From Eledone cirrhosa (lineage: Eukaryota), in contig CAXHJY010000367.1 of NCBI GenBank assembly GCA_964016885.1, positions 1-47,372 of the forward strand: a DNA stretch of 47,372 nucleotides, written 5' to 3'. Below the pieces are notes generated by a model. That model searched no databases, was not told the origin of the DNA, and saw only the letters and a program-made list of their open reading frames with translations. How positions within the stretch are numbered: position 1 is the stretch's first letter; the number at the start of each line of letters is the position of its first letter. Made by a program: the position numbers and the translations under genes. Positions 1 to 23,490 of this stretch are shown one piece after another.

Positions 1-5436
<5,436 letters not shown>

Positions 5437-6982
5437 CTGTGGCGGAACTCACTAGATGCTGGATATGTGCCAGAAAACCTTCTATCCCAGTCTGTTGTCC
5501 CAGTTTTCAAAAAGGGAAACAAATCCCTTGCCGTGAATTACCGTCCAATCTCACTCACCTCTCATATCATTAAGGTATTTGAGCGAGTGGTGAGATCGCG
5601 AATGACCCACTTCCTTGAGAGTAACAATATGCTGAACTCCAACCAGCATGGATTCCGTAATGGAAGGGATTGCCTGACGCAACTACTGCATCACTTTGAT
5701 GACATTTTGAGAGCCTTGGGAGAGAGTTCCAACACTGATGTTATCTACCTTGATTTCAGCAAGGCCTTTGACAGGGTTGATCATAACATTCTACTGAGAA
5801 AGCTGTCCAATATTGGTGTCACTGGAAAGCTGCTGCAGTGGATCAAGAGCTTCCTGTCAAACAGAACCCAACATGTTGTAGTTGAGGGAGTCAAATCAAG
5901 CCAGCCAAAGTCAGTAGTGGAGTCCCACAAGGCACTGTGTTGGGCCCACTTCTCTTCATCATCTATATTAATGACATCACTGACATCATCAAACACAGCA
6001 ACATTAACATTTTCGCTGATGATTCCAAGCTCCAAAAGGTCATCAATGGCGTGGATGACCGGATAAGCCTTCAGTCAGACCTACTGGCTGTTACCCAATG
6101 GGCAGAAAAGAACAACATGTTACTGAACGAAGACAAATTCGAACTGATCCACTTTGGAAAAGAGGATGCTCTGAAACTCCCGTACTCCCCTTCCCTCCGG
6201 GGAAACTCTCGTGGCATCTAACAACATCAGAGACTTGGGAGTAACCGTGGACAGCAACATAAGCTGGACCACGCATATAAGCAGCAAAGTTGACATGGCC
6301 CGCAGAATGTGTTCCTGATCCTCAGAACCTTCCAGTCGAGAGATTCCCGCACCATTATCCTTCTCTTCTCTACTTTCGCCCGACCACACCTTGAATACTG
6401 TTGTCCACTGTGGTCTCCCACACGAAACAAAGTATCATGAAACTTGAAGCTCCTCAAAGGGCAATCACGAAAAAGATAGATGGCATGTCAGACTTGACTA
6501 CTGGGTCGATTGGAAAACCTGAAACTTTACTCACTCCAACGTCGCCGTGAGCGTTATATTATCTGCATGATGTGGAAAATGTTCCATCATCACTGCCCAA
6601 ATGATGTTGGCATCGCCTTCAAGATACACCCAAGGCTTGGGCCCCGTGCTATCCGTCCCATTCAAAAATCTAAATCGCAACTCATAACAACAATACGGCA
6701 CAATTATTTCACCTCAATCGGCCCTGCTCTCTTCAACATCACACCAGGACACGTCAAAACAGAAACTGACCACACAAAATTCAAGAAGTCTTTGGACAAA
6801 TTCCTCCAAGTAATCCGGACAAACCACCCACACCCGGATATGTCTCCGCAAACAATAATTCTCTTCTCGAATGGGCCATGGTGCCCAAATCCTGAATTGA
6901 AAGACTTCGCCAGGTGGTGCTATTAAGTTAGACATGGCCTGGGCCAATACTGGCCAAAACATTTCAAAGTTATTCAAAGTTA
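5437..6982 (+). mobile_element. 5'-truncated, frameshifted CR1-clade LINE (reverse transcriptase and 3' end)
   Basis: RT motifs spread over several frames: [68 protein letters not shown], then RPHLEYCCPLWSP and LYSLQRRRER. Ends in a short tandem tail (TTCAAAGTTA)x2 joined to (TA)n. Confidence 0.92.
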
Positions 6983-6989
6983 TATATAC

Positions 6990-7038
<49 letters not shown>

Positions 7039-7049
7039 CATATATATAC

Positions 7050-7114
<65 letters not shown>

Positions 7115-7175
7115 CATATATATACATATATATATATATACATATATATATATACATATATATATATATACATAT

Positions 7176-7783
7176 GTCAGGTCACCAGTTGGTGCTACTG
7201 GTAACATGTATCCCAGTACAACCTGTCCCATGGTCGGGTCGTTGGCGACTAAACTGGCAACCCCACCAAGGTTTCTTGGTGAGGAGGGTGACTTTGGACA
7301 TCCTGCAGGACTAAAAACAAAACCTGTCAAAGGGCAAAGGAGCTCTTAAGAGTCAATAGCCATCCAAAATCACCGGGAGAGATGACCCCTTAGCCTTTGT
7401 CAAGGCAGAATTCTAGGAGAAGGAAAACTCTGATATAACACCTGCAACCCTGATGGTATCCAATGATGTTGACTTGTTCTTCTTTTTGGTAAATATCATC
7501 TTTGTTAAGAGAGTGGGACTGGCTTTGTGCAGTGCCTTTGCTCACTATAAAAGCTTCACGGCACAGGCATTGCTTTATATCTGGAGATCTCTCTGCACTT
7601 GTCGTCACATGGTACCATGGGCCCAGCACTATGTGTCAGTAATTGTCACAAGTGTAGTGTTTGTACCAGAGTTTTCAAGTCGCTGGCTGGACTAAAAAGT
7701 CACACGCGTTCAGCGCATCGGTAGGGGTTCTCCTACATGGATATAAAGTAGTGGCCGTACTCGAAAACGAGTTGGCAGCCACC
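7176..7783 (+). mobile_element. Short non-autonomous RTE-derived element (5'UTR-like part fused to an RTE 3' end)
   Basis: Contains CTAGGAGAAGGAAAACTCTGA (~7413-7433), a motif I recall from RTE 5'UTRs. 7653-7724 encodes [23 protein letters not shown], the C-terminal C2H2 finger typical of RTE ORFs. A short hairpin CTCG-AAAA-CGAG precedes the 3' end. Flanked by (TA)n on both sides. Confidence 0.65.
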
Positions 7784-11163
<3,380 letters not shown>

Positions 11164-11411
11164 TAACTTTGAATAACTTTGAAATGTTTTGGCCAGTATT
11201 GGCCCAGGCCATGTCTAACATAATAGCACCACCTGGCGAAGTCTTTCAATTCAGGATTTGGGCACCATGGCCCATTCGAGAAGAGAATTACTGTTTGCGG
11301 AGACATATCCGGGTGTGGGTGGTTTGTCCGGGATTACTTGGAGGAATTTGTCCAAAGACTTCTTGAAATTTGTTTGGTCAGTTTCTGTTTTGACGTGTCC
11401 TGGTGTGATGT
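11164..11411 (-). mobile_element. 3' terminal fragment of the same CR1 LINE family, inverted
   Basis: Reverse complement of ~6736-6982 with only a few differences. Encodes [11 protein letters not shown]...[27 protein letters not shown] and has the same (TTCAAAGTTA)x2 tail. Confidence 0.92.
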
Positions 11412-13707
<2,296 letters not shown>

Positions 13708-13830
13708 GCCCTAAGGACAGACACTGGTCTGTTGGAGACGCAGGACATGGCAGCGATAATGAGGGACAGAGACCGCTGGAGAGAACTCGTCCATGGATCT
13801 CGGGAATTTTACCCGCCTTAGATAGATAGA
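13708..13830 (+). mobile_element. Extreme 3' end of an RTE/RTE-X-clade LINE
   Basis: Encodes [37 protein letters not shown]. The L..DTGL...M.DR..WR pattern is typical of RTE-type C-termini. Followed immediately by a (TAGA)3 tail. Confidence 0.7.
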
Positions 13831-13927
13831 TATATATACATATATATATATGTGAATGAAAAATAGACCAAGAAACAGGACTGTCCATCATCAGTGATCT
13901 TCTGACTCTCATCGGTATATCTTCGCA

Positions 13928-13990
<63 letters not shown>

Positions 13991-14465
13991 GTTAGGGTGT
14001 TGGAAACACGATTATATGATTTGCGGAAGAGAAGTCACGTAGTTTTATTTAGCGTCGACTGACGTGGTTGCAGTCCTCCCAAATAAAAAAAAACAATGAG
14101 TTTCACCACCAGCTATAATTTAACCCCAGCACCAGACAGGTGTCCTAATCTGATAAAACCGGGTCGCATATCATTAAAACGTCTTAGAAAGGCCTTATAA
14201 TATTCAATGACATGGGAGTTAGCTCTTATAACAACATACTTAGGGATATTTTATCCGAATTTCCCAACTATCATCTGTAGAGACCGGCTATTGTTATAGT
14301 TATTCATATCAGGACGGCTATATATATATATATATATATATATAACAAAGGAATTGTGGTAAGGAACCAGATGGACCATAACGCACCAGAGTACACAATA
14401 CTTAGGGTAGTCGAGTGGAAAATAGGTAAAAAGTATGACCCCGACGGCAGAGCCCAAGCCGTTTT

Positions 14466-14501
14466 GACGGCTATTTCTGGACTAGTCCAGAAATATCCGT
14501 C
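14466..14501. repeat. 36-bp near-perfect palindrome
   Basis: GACGG-c-TATTTCTGGACTAGTCCAGAAATA-t-CCGTC: perfect 24-bp core and one mismatched pair. Confidence 0.85.
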
Positions 14502-14512
14502 GATATATATAT

Positions 14513-14698
14513 CAGATGTGCCAACCTCTAAAAAACCAAACGGGGAGTAACATGAATAATATTGCTCCAAAGAGGGGAGAAATGAGGCAAAATGGGGACA
14601 TTTTGCATAATGAAAGTTATATCCATTTTCACAAGACATCTCTCACCGACCCCAAAGTGGGTGGGAGATGGCTTCGTCCGACGAGGAGAGTTGACAGG

Positions 14699-14700
<2 letters not shown>
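14513..14700. mobile_element. Possible degenerate MITE
   Basis: Left end CAGATGTGCCAACC versus right-end reverse complement GACCTGTCAACTC (weak terminal inverted repeat); TA runs on both sides. Confidence 0.3.
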
Positions 14701-14782
<82 letters not shown>

Positions 14783-15038
14783 CACATGTAGTGATATTGA
14801 TACACAGATTTTGCATACATCCTTGTATGGGTGTGTCTGCGTGTGTGTGAGATCCCATGTGTGTGTGTCTGGTTGTGGGTGGATATTTTATTTTTATTGC
14901 CGTATCTCACTTTAGATCATTTGTCATGGTGTAGATTTGAATAACACTATGACAATCAATGTTTGTATCTATGTAATGATCCCGCTCATTGTGAAAGCAA
15001 AAATTATTTGTTAAACTTTCAATGTGTGCTAATAATAA

Positions 15039-15074
<36 letters not shown>

Positions 15075-15098
15075 AAAATTTGCTTTCGCTCTTAACGT

Positions 15099-15148
<50 letters not shown>

Positions 15149-15187
15149 GTCTCTGTGTGTGTGTGTGTGTGTTTATACATATATACA

Positions 15188-15543
15188 TACTCTGGGGGGG
15201 GGGGGATAATAGGGGGAGATGGAAAAAGCGGTGTGGGGAAAATCGGTAATTTTTCTAGATTTTTTTAACAAATCAGAACTAGTTGTTTAGTTTACATATT
15301 GAGAACCCCCAACCCATTATATTCATTTGATAACGTATGGGATTTCTAGTAACATAATTGTTTGTCATGTATAATGTTTTTTTTATATCTGAAGAAAATG
15401 AATTGTCGCAGGAATGCTACGACTTAAAATAAAATTTCACCGGCTATGCATAAGCAACATTTAATAAGCAGGGGCTGATTGGTGGAAAAATCGGATAATT
15501 TTATAAGCGGGGGCACGGGGTGATTATTCCAGACCCGACAGTA
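15188..15543. mobile_element. Possible degenerate MITE (TA-flanked DNA transposon relic)
   Basis: Left TACTCTGGG...GGATAAT versus right-end reverse complement TACTGTCGGGTCTGGAATAAT. Confidence 0.3.
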
Positions 15544-15762
15544 TATATCTATATATCTGATGGGGTATTGAAACGGACGTAGAAATAAAATAATGAATGT
15601 TGTTAACCTTGGTCTTTTGTCATATCCAGTATATGTGTGCATGTGTATGTATCTATGTACATTTTTGTATATAGATATATATATTATAGAGACAAAAATA
15701 TACATACACACATACACACACATGCACACACATACATGCACACACACACACACACATACATG

Positions 15763-15804
<42 letters not shown>

Positions 15805-16019
15805 TGATATTAAATGATTGGAAACTATATTTATAAAACCATATTTTGGGACGCTATAATCAGATAAAATACAAAATGTTTTATAAATATTTGACATGAC
15901 CAAGGATGATATACCTTAACGGTTCAGTTATCCCTTTACTCCAGAAACTGTCGAGTGTTTTGAATCAGTTGTAAACATCTATATTTATTGGATTTTCCAA
16001 CAAATTAAATATCTCTTAT

Positions 16020-16068
<49 letters not shown>

Positions 16069-16422
16069 TTTTGCGAGGTTTTTGATATATGTGTATGTAT
16101 GTATATGTATATGTATATATGTATGTATATGTGTATGTATATATATATATGTATATGTGTATGTATGTATATATGTGTATGTATATATATATGTATGTAT
16201 ATATGTATATATATACATATATACATATATATATATACATACACATATATACATACATACACATATATCATACATACACATATACATATATATATATATA
16301 CATACACATATACATACATATATACATGTATATATATATACATATATATATACCAAACAGTGAGTGTGTTCTGTTATTAATTCTGGCAATATTGTTACAC
16401 AAATATGACCCTCCCCAAGTAT

Positions 16423-16500
<78 letters not shown>

Positions 16501-17199
16501 ATAATTTTATGTTCTTGTATGTTTGTTTTTGTTAGGACAGATTCTTCTCTATTTCTATGTTTACATTTTCCATACAACGTCGATGAATAAAATGTTATAA
16601 AACGGTCATGGGAAAAAAGAAAATATACGACAAATTATGAATATTTTTATATAATGTTAATGCTAACGTTACATAAACAAGGGCTTTGTTTTCCTGATTA
16701 AAATATCCATCACAAAGCTTGAGCCAACGAAATTACTTCTAGCTAAATGCTTGACCGGTTGAAAATAGTAGCCACATCTTACTCAATTCATACACAACCG
16801 TCTAAAAACGACAAGGCATATTGAATAGTGTAATAATAGTTACACAGTCTGAAAATACAAACAGATGTGTTAGATGATCACTACTGAGGTACTTTTGATC
16901 ATAATAATCGATTAAGTTTGATCTCAGTCGAAACAAAATCACGATAGACGCCAGACGTTTTTGTTCGTTTTGTTATTTCGCCTAGGATCAGATCTGAACG
17001 ATCATATAACCATAACCAGAGGCATTTCAGCCATGACCATACTGATCTTTTCTTGGGCATGGAGTTCCTAGGCACGGGCATTACAAAATGTATATCTTAA
17101 TTTTGAAGGTGATAGAGTGATTTTTAGAAATAAGAATTTGACTGGTATTTCTAACAGGTTGACAAACCATGTACTGGCTATGTTGTTTTTGTATGCATG

Positions 17200-17232
<33 letters not shown>

Positions 17233-18192
17233 ATGTGTGTGTGTGTGTGTGTGTGTGTTTTGCATGTGTATATGTGTGTGTATGTGTAAGTAAATGATGA
17301 TGTCTGTTTGCACGTGCCTATTAGAGAGTGTATGCGTGTGTGACGTGTGAGTACACGCGCGTATTTCAATTGTTTTGACATATAATTTAGTTTGTTATGA
17401 AAAGTAGTTACTTTATATTTAGTGCTATCTATTTCAAACATTTTTGACACACAGTCTTGTATTTTAAACTCACCTCCCTACACCATTCAAGAAGTTGCTT
17501 GTTATGTCTGTTTTATTTTTAAATGTACACAGTCAACATTTGATATCTTCTCTGTATTAAAGCACCACATTTCAAAACCTTTTTTATTGATTCAAATTGT
17601 TTAATCCAACAGATCAACCAACCTTAGCTGCTACTTTTTGCAGATCGGGTGATTACGCAAGGGTTCCTTTCTGGCTTTTTTCGCGTTTGATAAACTTAAA
17701 TTGGGTGCAATAAACAGGGTATCTCACGACCTGTTAGGAATAGCAGACAACTTACCCACAACTCACATTCCTGTGGTCTATTTAACAAAGAAAGGCACAT
17801 TGGAGAATGTAGCTCTAGACATACAATATGATGATTACAGATGAAAGCCTTTGATTAAAGGTTTGCTTGATCAGCGTTGATATGACGCTAAACGATAACA
17901 ACAAATAACAGCAACAAGGAAATATAGGAATTATCAATAGAAAATTATATATATCTTCCTTCATATCTACATCTGATCCTGTTTGTTGTATCCACATGGC
18001 GTCAGCATGAGACATTTTAGAACTTTAGAAATGAAGTTATTGTTTTAAGCAACTTACAATATATTATTTACGTGTTAAATTGAATAAATTACAATGAATA
18101 AAATGAAATAGAAACAAATGATTATTGAATCAATGACAGTTCAACGTAGGGTAGTGATTAAGATGAGAATTAGAGAAAAATATCTAACTCAC

Positions 18193-19294
18193 CTTTGTCC
18201 AAATTCGTAATGTTTTCTTCATGACCCTCATTTGCCGTAAGTAATTTATCCGTTTCGAATATGAATGATTTTACATAAAATTGGCGTAAAACAAGTTCTA
18301 CAAACATTTTCTTGGCAAACTCCAGCCAATACCCATCTTTGTTACTAATGATGACTAGATGTTGCCAATGGTAGTGATCAAATATGAGACTCAGTGCCTT
18401 AACTATTTGTGAAATCTTAGGCACCAAGCTGATCATATGTGGTGTTCTGACATCTCGAACGATAACATCACCGTTTGCTGCGATATAGGGTTTTTGCCAT
18501 AGAGGAGCTAAGCTCAGAACATTGTGGTAAAAATCCTCCTGAGGAACTCGTATATCCTCTATGCTCCAGATATCAAAAACCTCTTTGTTTCCAGATTTTT
18601 CGTCCTGTTGAGGATACAAGTTTTTCCAATGTTGGTTACGATCAACATATCTTAATGGCAATTGCTGTCGTTTTGGCAAGCTGAGCACGATACAAGTTCC
18701 GGGATCTTGGAATAATTTATAAAGGGCTAAATCTGGTCTTTCAATAACATCTATATTGCCCCTCTCTCGGCTCTTTACATGGTTTTCGCAGAAAGTGCGC
18801 CATTTAAACGAAAACTTTTGGGTTGTCTTTTTAATTTTCAAATTAAATAATTTTGAAGAGTTCACTGCTATTTTATTTATGGCAGGAGCTGTCGGGGACG
18901 GTGAAAGCGTATACTGCATTTGGCTAGCCATTTTTTCGGTCCAGTTTTTAATATTCTCTAATAATGTCTGATTACAGAAATATGGGTCCGGCAAAATAAT
19001 TGCCAAAGTTGTGCTGTCTAAAGCGTTAGGAAACTGTGAAGAGTGAACAGCATGTGGGAGGAGAGAAGGCTTATCGAAAGACAGAGTTGACCGATTCTGT
19101 GTTTGCTTGTTTGGGGATGGTGTACCCAGGAACTCATTGCTGTTTAAAGCTGAAATATTGCTTTTGAAAACAGAAAACAAAACCATAACAGCGAACGTCC
19201 ATAGAAAATTAGACTGGTGGAACCTGTACTCGACTCGGATATTACGAACCGAGTGTTTTCCCACTGAATGTGGCTGTGTTGATAATGCAAACAT
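18193..19294 (-). CDS. Large (probably first) coding exon of a secreted or membrane receptor with an ANF-receptor/periplasmic-binding-protein-like ectodomain (receptor guanylyl cyclase-like)
   Basis: Only long, normal-complexity, uninterrupted non-TE ORF in the window. ATG at 19294; hydrophobic signal-like segment FLWTFAVMVLFSVF; several N-x-S/T sites; motif IVKALSLIFDHYHWQHLVIISNKDGYW resembles the ANF_receptor 'll..f.W..v.ii' pattern; strong donor AAAG|GTGAGT at 18193/18192 (phase 1). Family assignment is by eye. Confidence 0.7.
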
Positions 19295-20109
19295 TTCATT
19301 CTGTTTGGGAGGGAAACAAGTCAGGATTTTGTAATATTCCTGTCCTCCTGTTCACAGAAGGCCTGTTATTTTCATTATTTTCCTCCTTCTCATCCTTTTT
19401 TGATTCTCATTCCCTTGTGCTCTCCGACATATATACACTCACACATACCCTTTCTCCCGCTTTCCCTCTCTTTCTTTCTCAACCACCTCGCATTCAGTCT
19501 GCCTGTCTGTTTCACACTCCCCTTCACTCGCTCTTTCTATTCCACTTTACTATTTACTTCTGCTTCCTGCTCTTCAGTTAGCTACTCTTTATTATTTTAT
19601 TTTATTGTTCTTTTTCTTTCTTTCTCTTCCTCCCTTCCTCCCACTTTCTCTTTTCTCCGTGTGTGTTTTTTTATCTTCTTTCTCTCCCCCTTAGTCTATT
19701 GCTATGGTTATCTAGTCAGCCAGGCAAAACAGCCGCTATGGTAGTAACAGGTAAGAAAATACTTTCGGAAAAGTCTTCAGTTGAACGTTAACGTAAGTCT
19801 CGTCCGTCACAAACGACCGGTTCAGGTGAAATAGAAAAAAAGAGTACATACAGGAAAATACCAAATTAAATTTCCTAGATGTATTGAAAAGACAGTGCTG
19901 TTTATTTTTCCTTGCGCAGATATGGAACTTGAGGACTTGAGACTTTATATTATTTTTTTTTAATGCCTGCATATCAGAAGATGCGAAGCCCGTGCCATTT
20001 CTATGGGCATTAGTGATAGAAGCGACATTGTGTTGTTCCAAGCCGGAATCCAAATACAATACAACACGTTAATAACAAACCAGCCAACAATAACATCAAC
20101 AGCAGAAAA

Positions 20110-20210
20110 CAATAGCAACAGTAGCGGTAGTAGTAGTAGTAGTAGTGGTGGTGGTGGTGGTGGTGGTGTAGTGGTAGTGGTGGTAGTAGTAGTGGTAGTA
20201 GTAGTGGTGA

Positions 20211-20275
<65 letters not shown>

Positions 20276-21080
20276 ATGCGAGGAGGAGGAGGAGAAGAAG
20301 AAGAAGAAGAAGAAGAAGAAGAAGAAGAAGAAGAAGAAAGCAAAATAATCAATGTCGTTATTGCTATCAAATAAATCACTATGAGTGGATAAGAACTTGT
20401 CAAACTTTTAGAACGTCCATGAGTGAAACGATTCTAATGCGCTAAATATGAAGTTAACATACAATATATACACATACATGCGTATGTGTGTGGATGTGCA
20501 CGTGAGTTTATATATGTGATTGTGTGTTTGTGTCTTTGTGTATATTTTGTTCGTATGCGTGCAGGATTTGAGGGGGTGGTCCGTGTGAATACTGCAAGTA
20601 TTTTTAGTGTGAGGTTTTTCCGTACGTACATTACATACTTACATACATATATATTCATACAAACATATATAATTATACACATACATATATATAAAAGTAT
20701 GTATAAATATACACTGGTTGTTCCTCGTTTGTATACATACATTCCTCCTTTTGTACACAAACCGAGGAACTTTCTACTTCATCTAAGGCATTTTGGTAAA
20801 CAACAGAAAAATACCGCACCATATTCGGAAATCCCCATTATGTTGACACTGGCGATGACGTGGCTGGAAAAAATGACGATGGTAGAGGTGTTGGTGGTAG
20901 TAGCCGTCGTAGCCGTGGTGGATATTGTAGTGGTCGTGATTTTGGTTGTTGTAATAATGGTAGTTAGTAGTATTGTCACTGTTGGTGTTGTTGGTAATGT
21001 GCCGGTAGTAGTGCTGGTGATCTAAATGGTAGCTGTTTACTGGCCGTAGCCTTACTAGTAGTGGTAGTAATAGTAGTAGC

Positions 21081-21122
<42 letters not shown>

Positions 21123-22045
21123 TATGGTGGTGGTGGTGGTGATAGTTCGTGGCAGTAGCAATGGTAGTGGTAATTGCGGTTGTAATAGTCGTGCTGCTAA
21201 ACGTGGTTGTAAAGGTGATGGTAGTATAGTGATAGTAGCAGTGATAGTAGTAGTAGTAGTATTAGTAGTAGTAGTAATTGTTGATGTTATAGAAGAGGTG
21301 GTGGTAGTGGTGTTTTTATATTAGTACTAACAAGATGGATTAGGTTGTGGTAGTTGTGACTTGGTGTGGTTTGCTTTGCTTTCGTTTTGTTGTTGTTGCT
21401 GTTGTACTCTTCTTGTAAGTTCTTTTTTATGCTGTTGTTGTTATTGTTGATAGTGGTAGTGATGGTGGTGGTGTTGGTGGTGTTGGTGGTATTAGTAGTG
21501 ATGTAATAGTGAGGACAGTGGTGACGCTAGTGGTATGACAGTCTTTATACTGTGATAGTGATAGTAATGTGATTGTAGTAACATGACAGTAGTGGTAGTA
21601 AATAGTGTTATGATGCTGGTGGTGGTGGTGATGGTAGTAGTAGTGGTGATGCGTTGGTGTTGGTAATGGTTTGATGACGAGTGTGATACTGGTGGTATTG
21701 GCGTGATAGTGTTTATAGTGATGCGATCGTGGTAGTAGTGATATGATGGTGATGACAGTAGATAGTGTTTTGGCGGTAATGCTGGTGGTGGTGTTGGTGG
21801 TGTTGGTGGCGGTAGTGGATGGAGTAGTGGTGGTGATAGTGTGGTGGAAGGGCGGCGGTGTGATTGAAATTATATTTCTATTGGCGTTTATAATGTTGTG
21901 CAAGCGGTGATAGTGAAAATAATGTGGTGATAGTAGTGTTTTGGTAGTGGGTTGTAGTGGCGTTTCTGGTGGTGGTGGTGGTGATGATGTTATTCGTAGT
22001 GGTGGTGGTGGTGTTATTCGTAGTGGTCTGATGGTGGTAGCCGTG
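20110..22045. repeat. Trinucleotide low-complexity region: (TAG)n, (TGG)n, (GAA)n and degenerate GT-rich triplets
   Basis: Pure tracts at ~20120-20340 and ~21055-21280; degenerate triplets up to ~22045. Confidence 0.9.
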
Positions 22046-22133
22046 TTGTGATGCTCGTTGTCATGACGTACGATCAGTGTACGATCAGTGCCGAAAACAG
22101 GTGGTACTGCGAATGGAAAAGAATGTATCTGTT

Positions 22134-22136
<3 letters not shown>

Positions 22137-22212
<76 letters not shown>

Positions 22213-22444
22213 AGGGTGTATATGTGTAATAGATGTTATGTTGGCGATAGTGAGAAGCAATGTTTGTTTGCGAGAAAGTGAAAGTAGAAATGGGAGGAAT
22301 AAAGAAAGAGAGAAAAAGGGAGGTTATATGCAGTGTTGAAGTGAGGAGGGCTGAGTGAAGCGCAATCAAATGTAGCAGTGACTCGATTAATAAAGGAAAA
22401 TTGTTACAGAAAACGTAAATGTGGCAACTATATGAGAGAGGGGG

Positions 22445-22508
<64 letters not shown>
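22137..22508. repeat. Two (GA)n tracts (~22137-22210 and ~22449-22508)
   Basis: Direct inspection. Confidence 0.95.
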
Positions 22509-22511
<3 letters not shown>

Positions 22512-22752
22512 TGGGATAAGGAGGAGAGTTAAATAACTAGGTATTGTCAGCTAACTAACCGACCGAAGAGACATAGTAAGAATCAACAAAGACACAACAT
22601 ACATTTCAGTCAGTATCAAGTATCAGAAATTACAGCAACTATAACATCACCAACATCACTATCATCATCAGCAGCAGCAGCAAGAGCAGCAGCAACAACA
22701 ACAACAACAAGTATGACAATATGCATAATAACAATTTAAGAAATAATAGTTA

Positions 22753-22991
22753 AAATAAAGCACCAGTAATGCACTGGTGTCGATTTAATCGACTAACCCC
22801 ACCCACCCACCCCAAAAATTGCTGGCTTTGTGCCTAAAGTAGAAATCATTATTATTATTATTACTGAGTTTAAATCCCGTCGAGGTTAACTTTGCCTTTC
22901 ATCCTTACGAGGTCGATAAAATAAAGTACCAGTAATACACTGTGTTTTGCTGGCCTTGTGCCAAAAGTAGAAACAATTATTATTACTATTA
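22753..22991 (+). mobile_element. Two tandem partial tRNA-derived SINE copies
   Basis: Shared core ACTTTGCCTTTCATCCTTACG.GGTCGATAAAATAAAGTACCAG and 3' end GGCCTTGTGCC.AAAGTAGAAAC followed by (ATT)n. Confidence 0.8.
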
Positions 22992-23247
22992 CTGAGTATC
23001 TGTCTGTAAATTAAAGGTGGAAAACTGGGAGAGGGCACTTGCCCTGGGTCACTGTGGCCTTTTAATGGGCTTTCTCCATAAATGTCCCTCGGAAGTCTCC
23101 CCCCTATTGGGGAATTTTTCATTGTTATTTTTTATTAAATCCTCTGTTTTTTTTTACACGCAGAAATGCCCATTTGTACCGTCCTGTATTGTCCTGTACT
23201 GTCTTTAATGTCTACTTTATGTAAACCCTTGTGGTTAATAAAGAAAG

Positions 23248-23279
<32 letters not shown>

Positions 23280-23455
23280 GTTGGCAGTATCGGTAGAGGG
23301 TTGGACGCCATGCTTTCCAGCATAGTTACGTCCCTTTACGATCTGAGTTCAAATCCCGCCGATGTTGACTTTGCCTTTCATCCTTACGGGGTCGATAAAA
23401 TAAAGTACCAGTAATGAACTGGGTATTTGCTGGCCTTGTGCCTAAAGTAGAAACA

Positions 23456-23490
<35 letters not shown>
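23280..23490 (+). mobile_element. tRNA-derived SINE
   Basis: A-box-like TGGCAGTATCGG, B-box GAGTTCAAATCC, conserved core GCCTTTCATCC...GGGGTCGATAAA, (ATT)n tail; preceded by an (ATT)n tract. Confidence 0.85.

Noticed and set aside
6016-6022. CTGATGA motif as a hammerhead core
   Set aside because: It is the coding sequence of the RT FADD motif, with no stem II-GAAA arrangement.
7179-7294. Canonical twister or HDV ribozyme call
   Set aside because: GAGGAGGG and CUAA-P2-like parts are present, but the twister UAA cleavage loop and CAAGCCC motif, and the HDV P1/P1.1, could not be built. Kept only as a structured-leader finding.
13860-13920. Minus-strand CTGATGA followed by a small GGAC/GTCC stem
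   Set aside because: Followed by TGTTTC rather than GAAA, and no stem I/III; at best a dead relic.
14356-14550. 64-aa plus-strand ORF
   Set aside because: Short, spans a palindrome, a TA run and a probable MITE end; no recognisable domain.
17815-18015. 66-aa minus-strand ORF as the next exon of the receptor gene
   Set aside because: No clear acceptor or homology, and it overlaps what looks like a degenerate dispersed repeat (similar motifs at ~16750-16930).
19960-21903. Poly-T/S/V/H ORFs resembling mucins
   Set aside because: Translations of trinucleotide microsatellites on both strands, with no splice or domain support.
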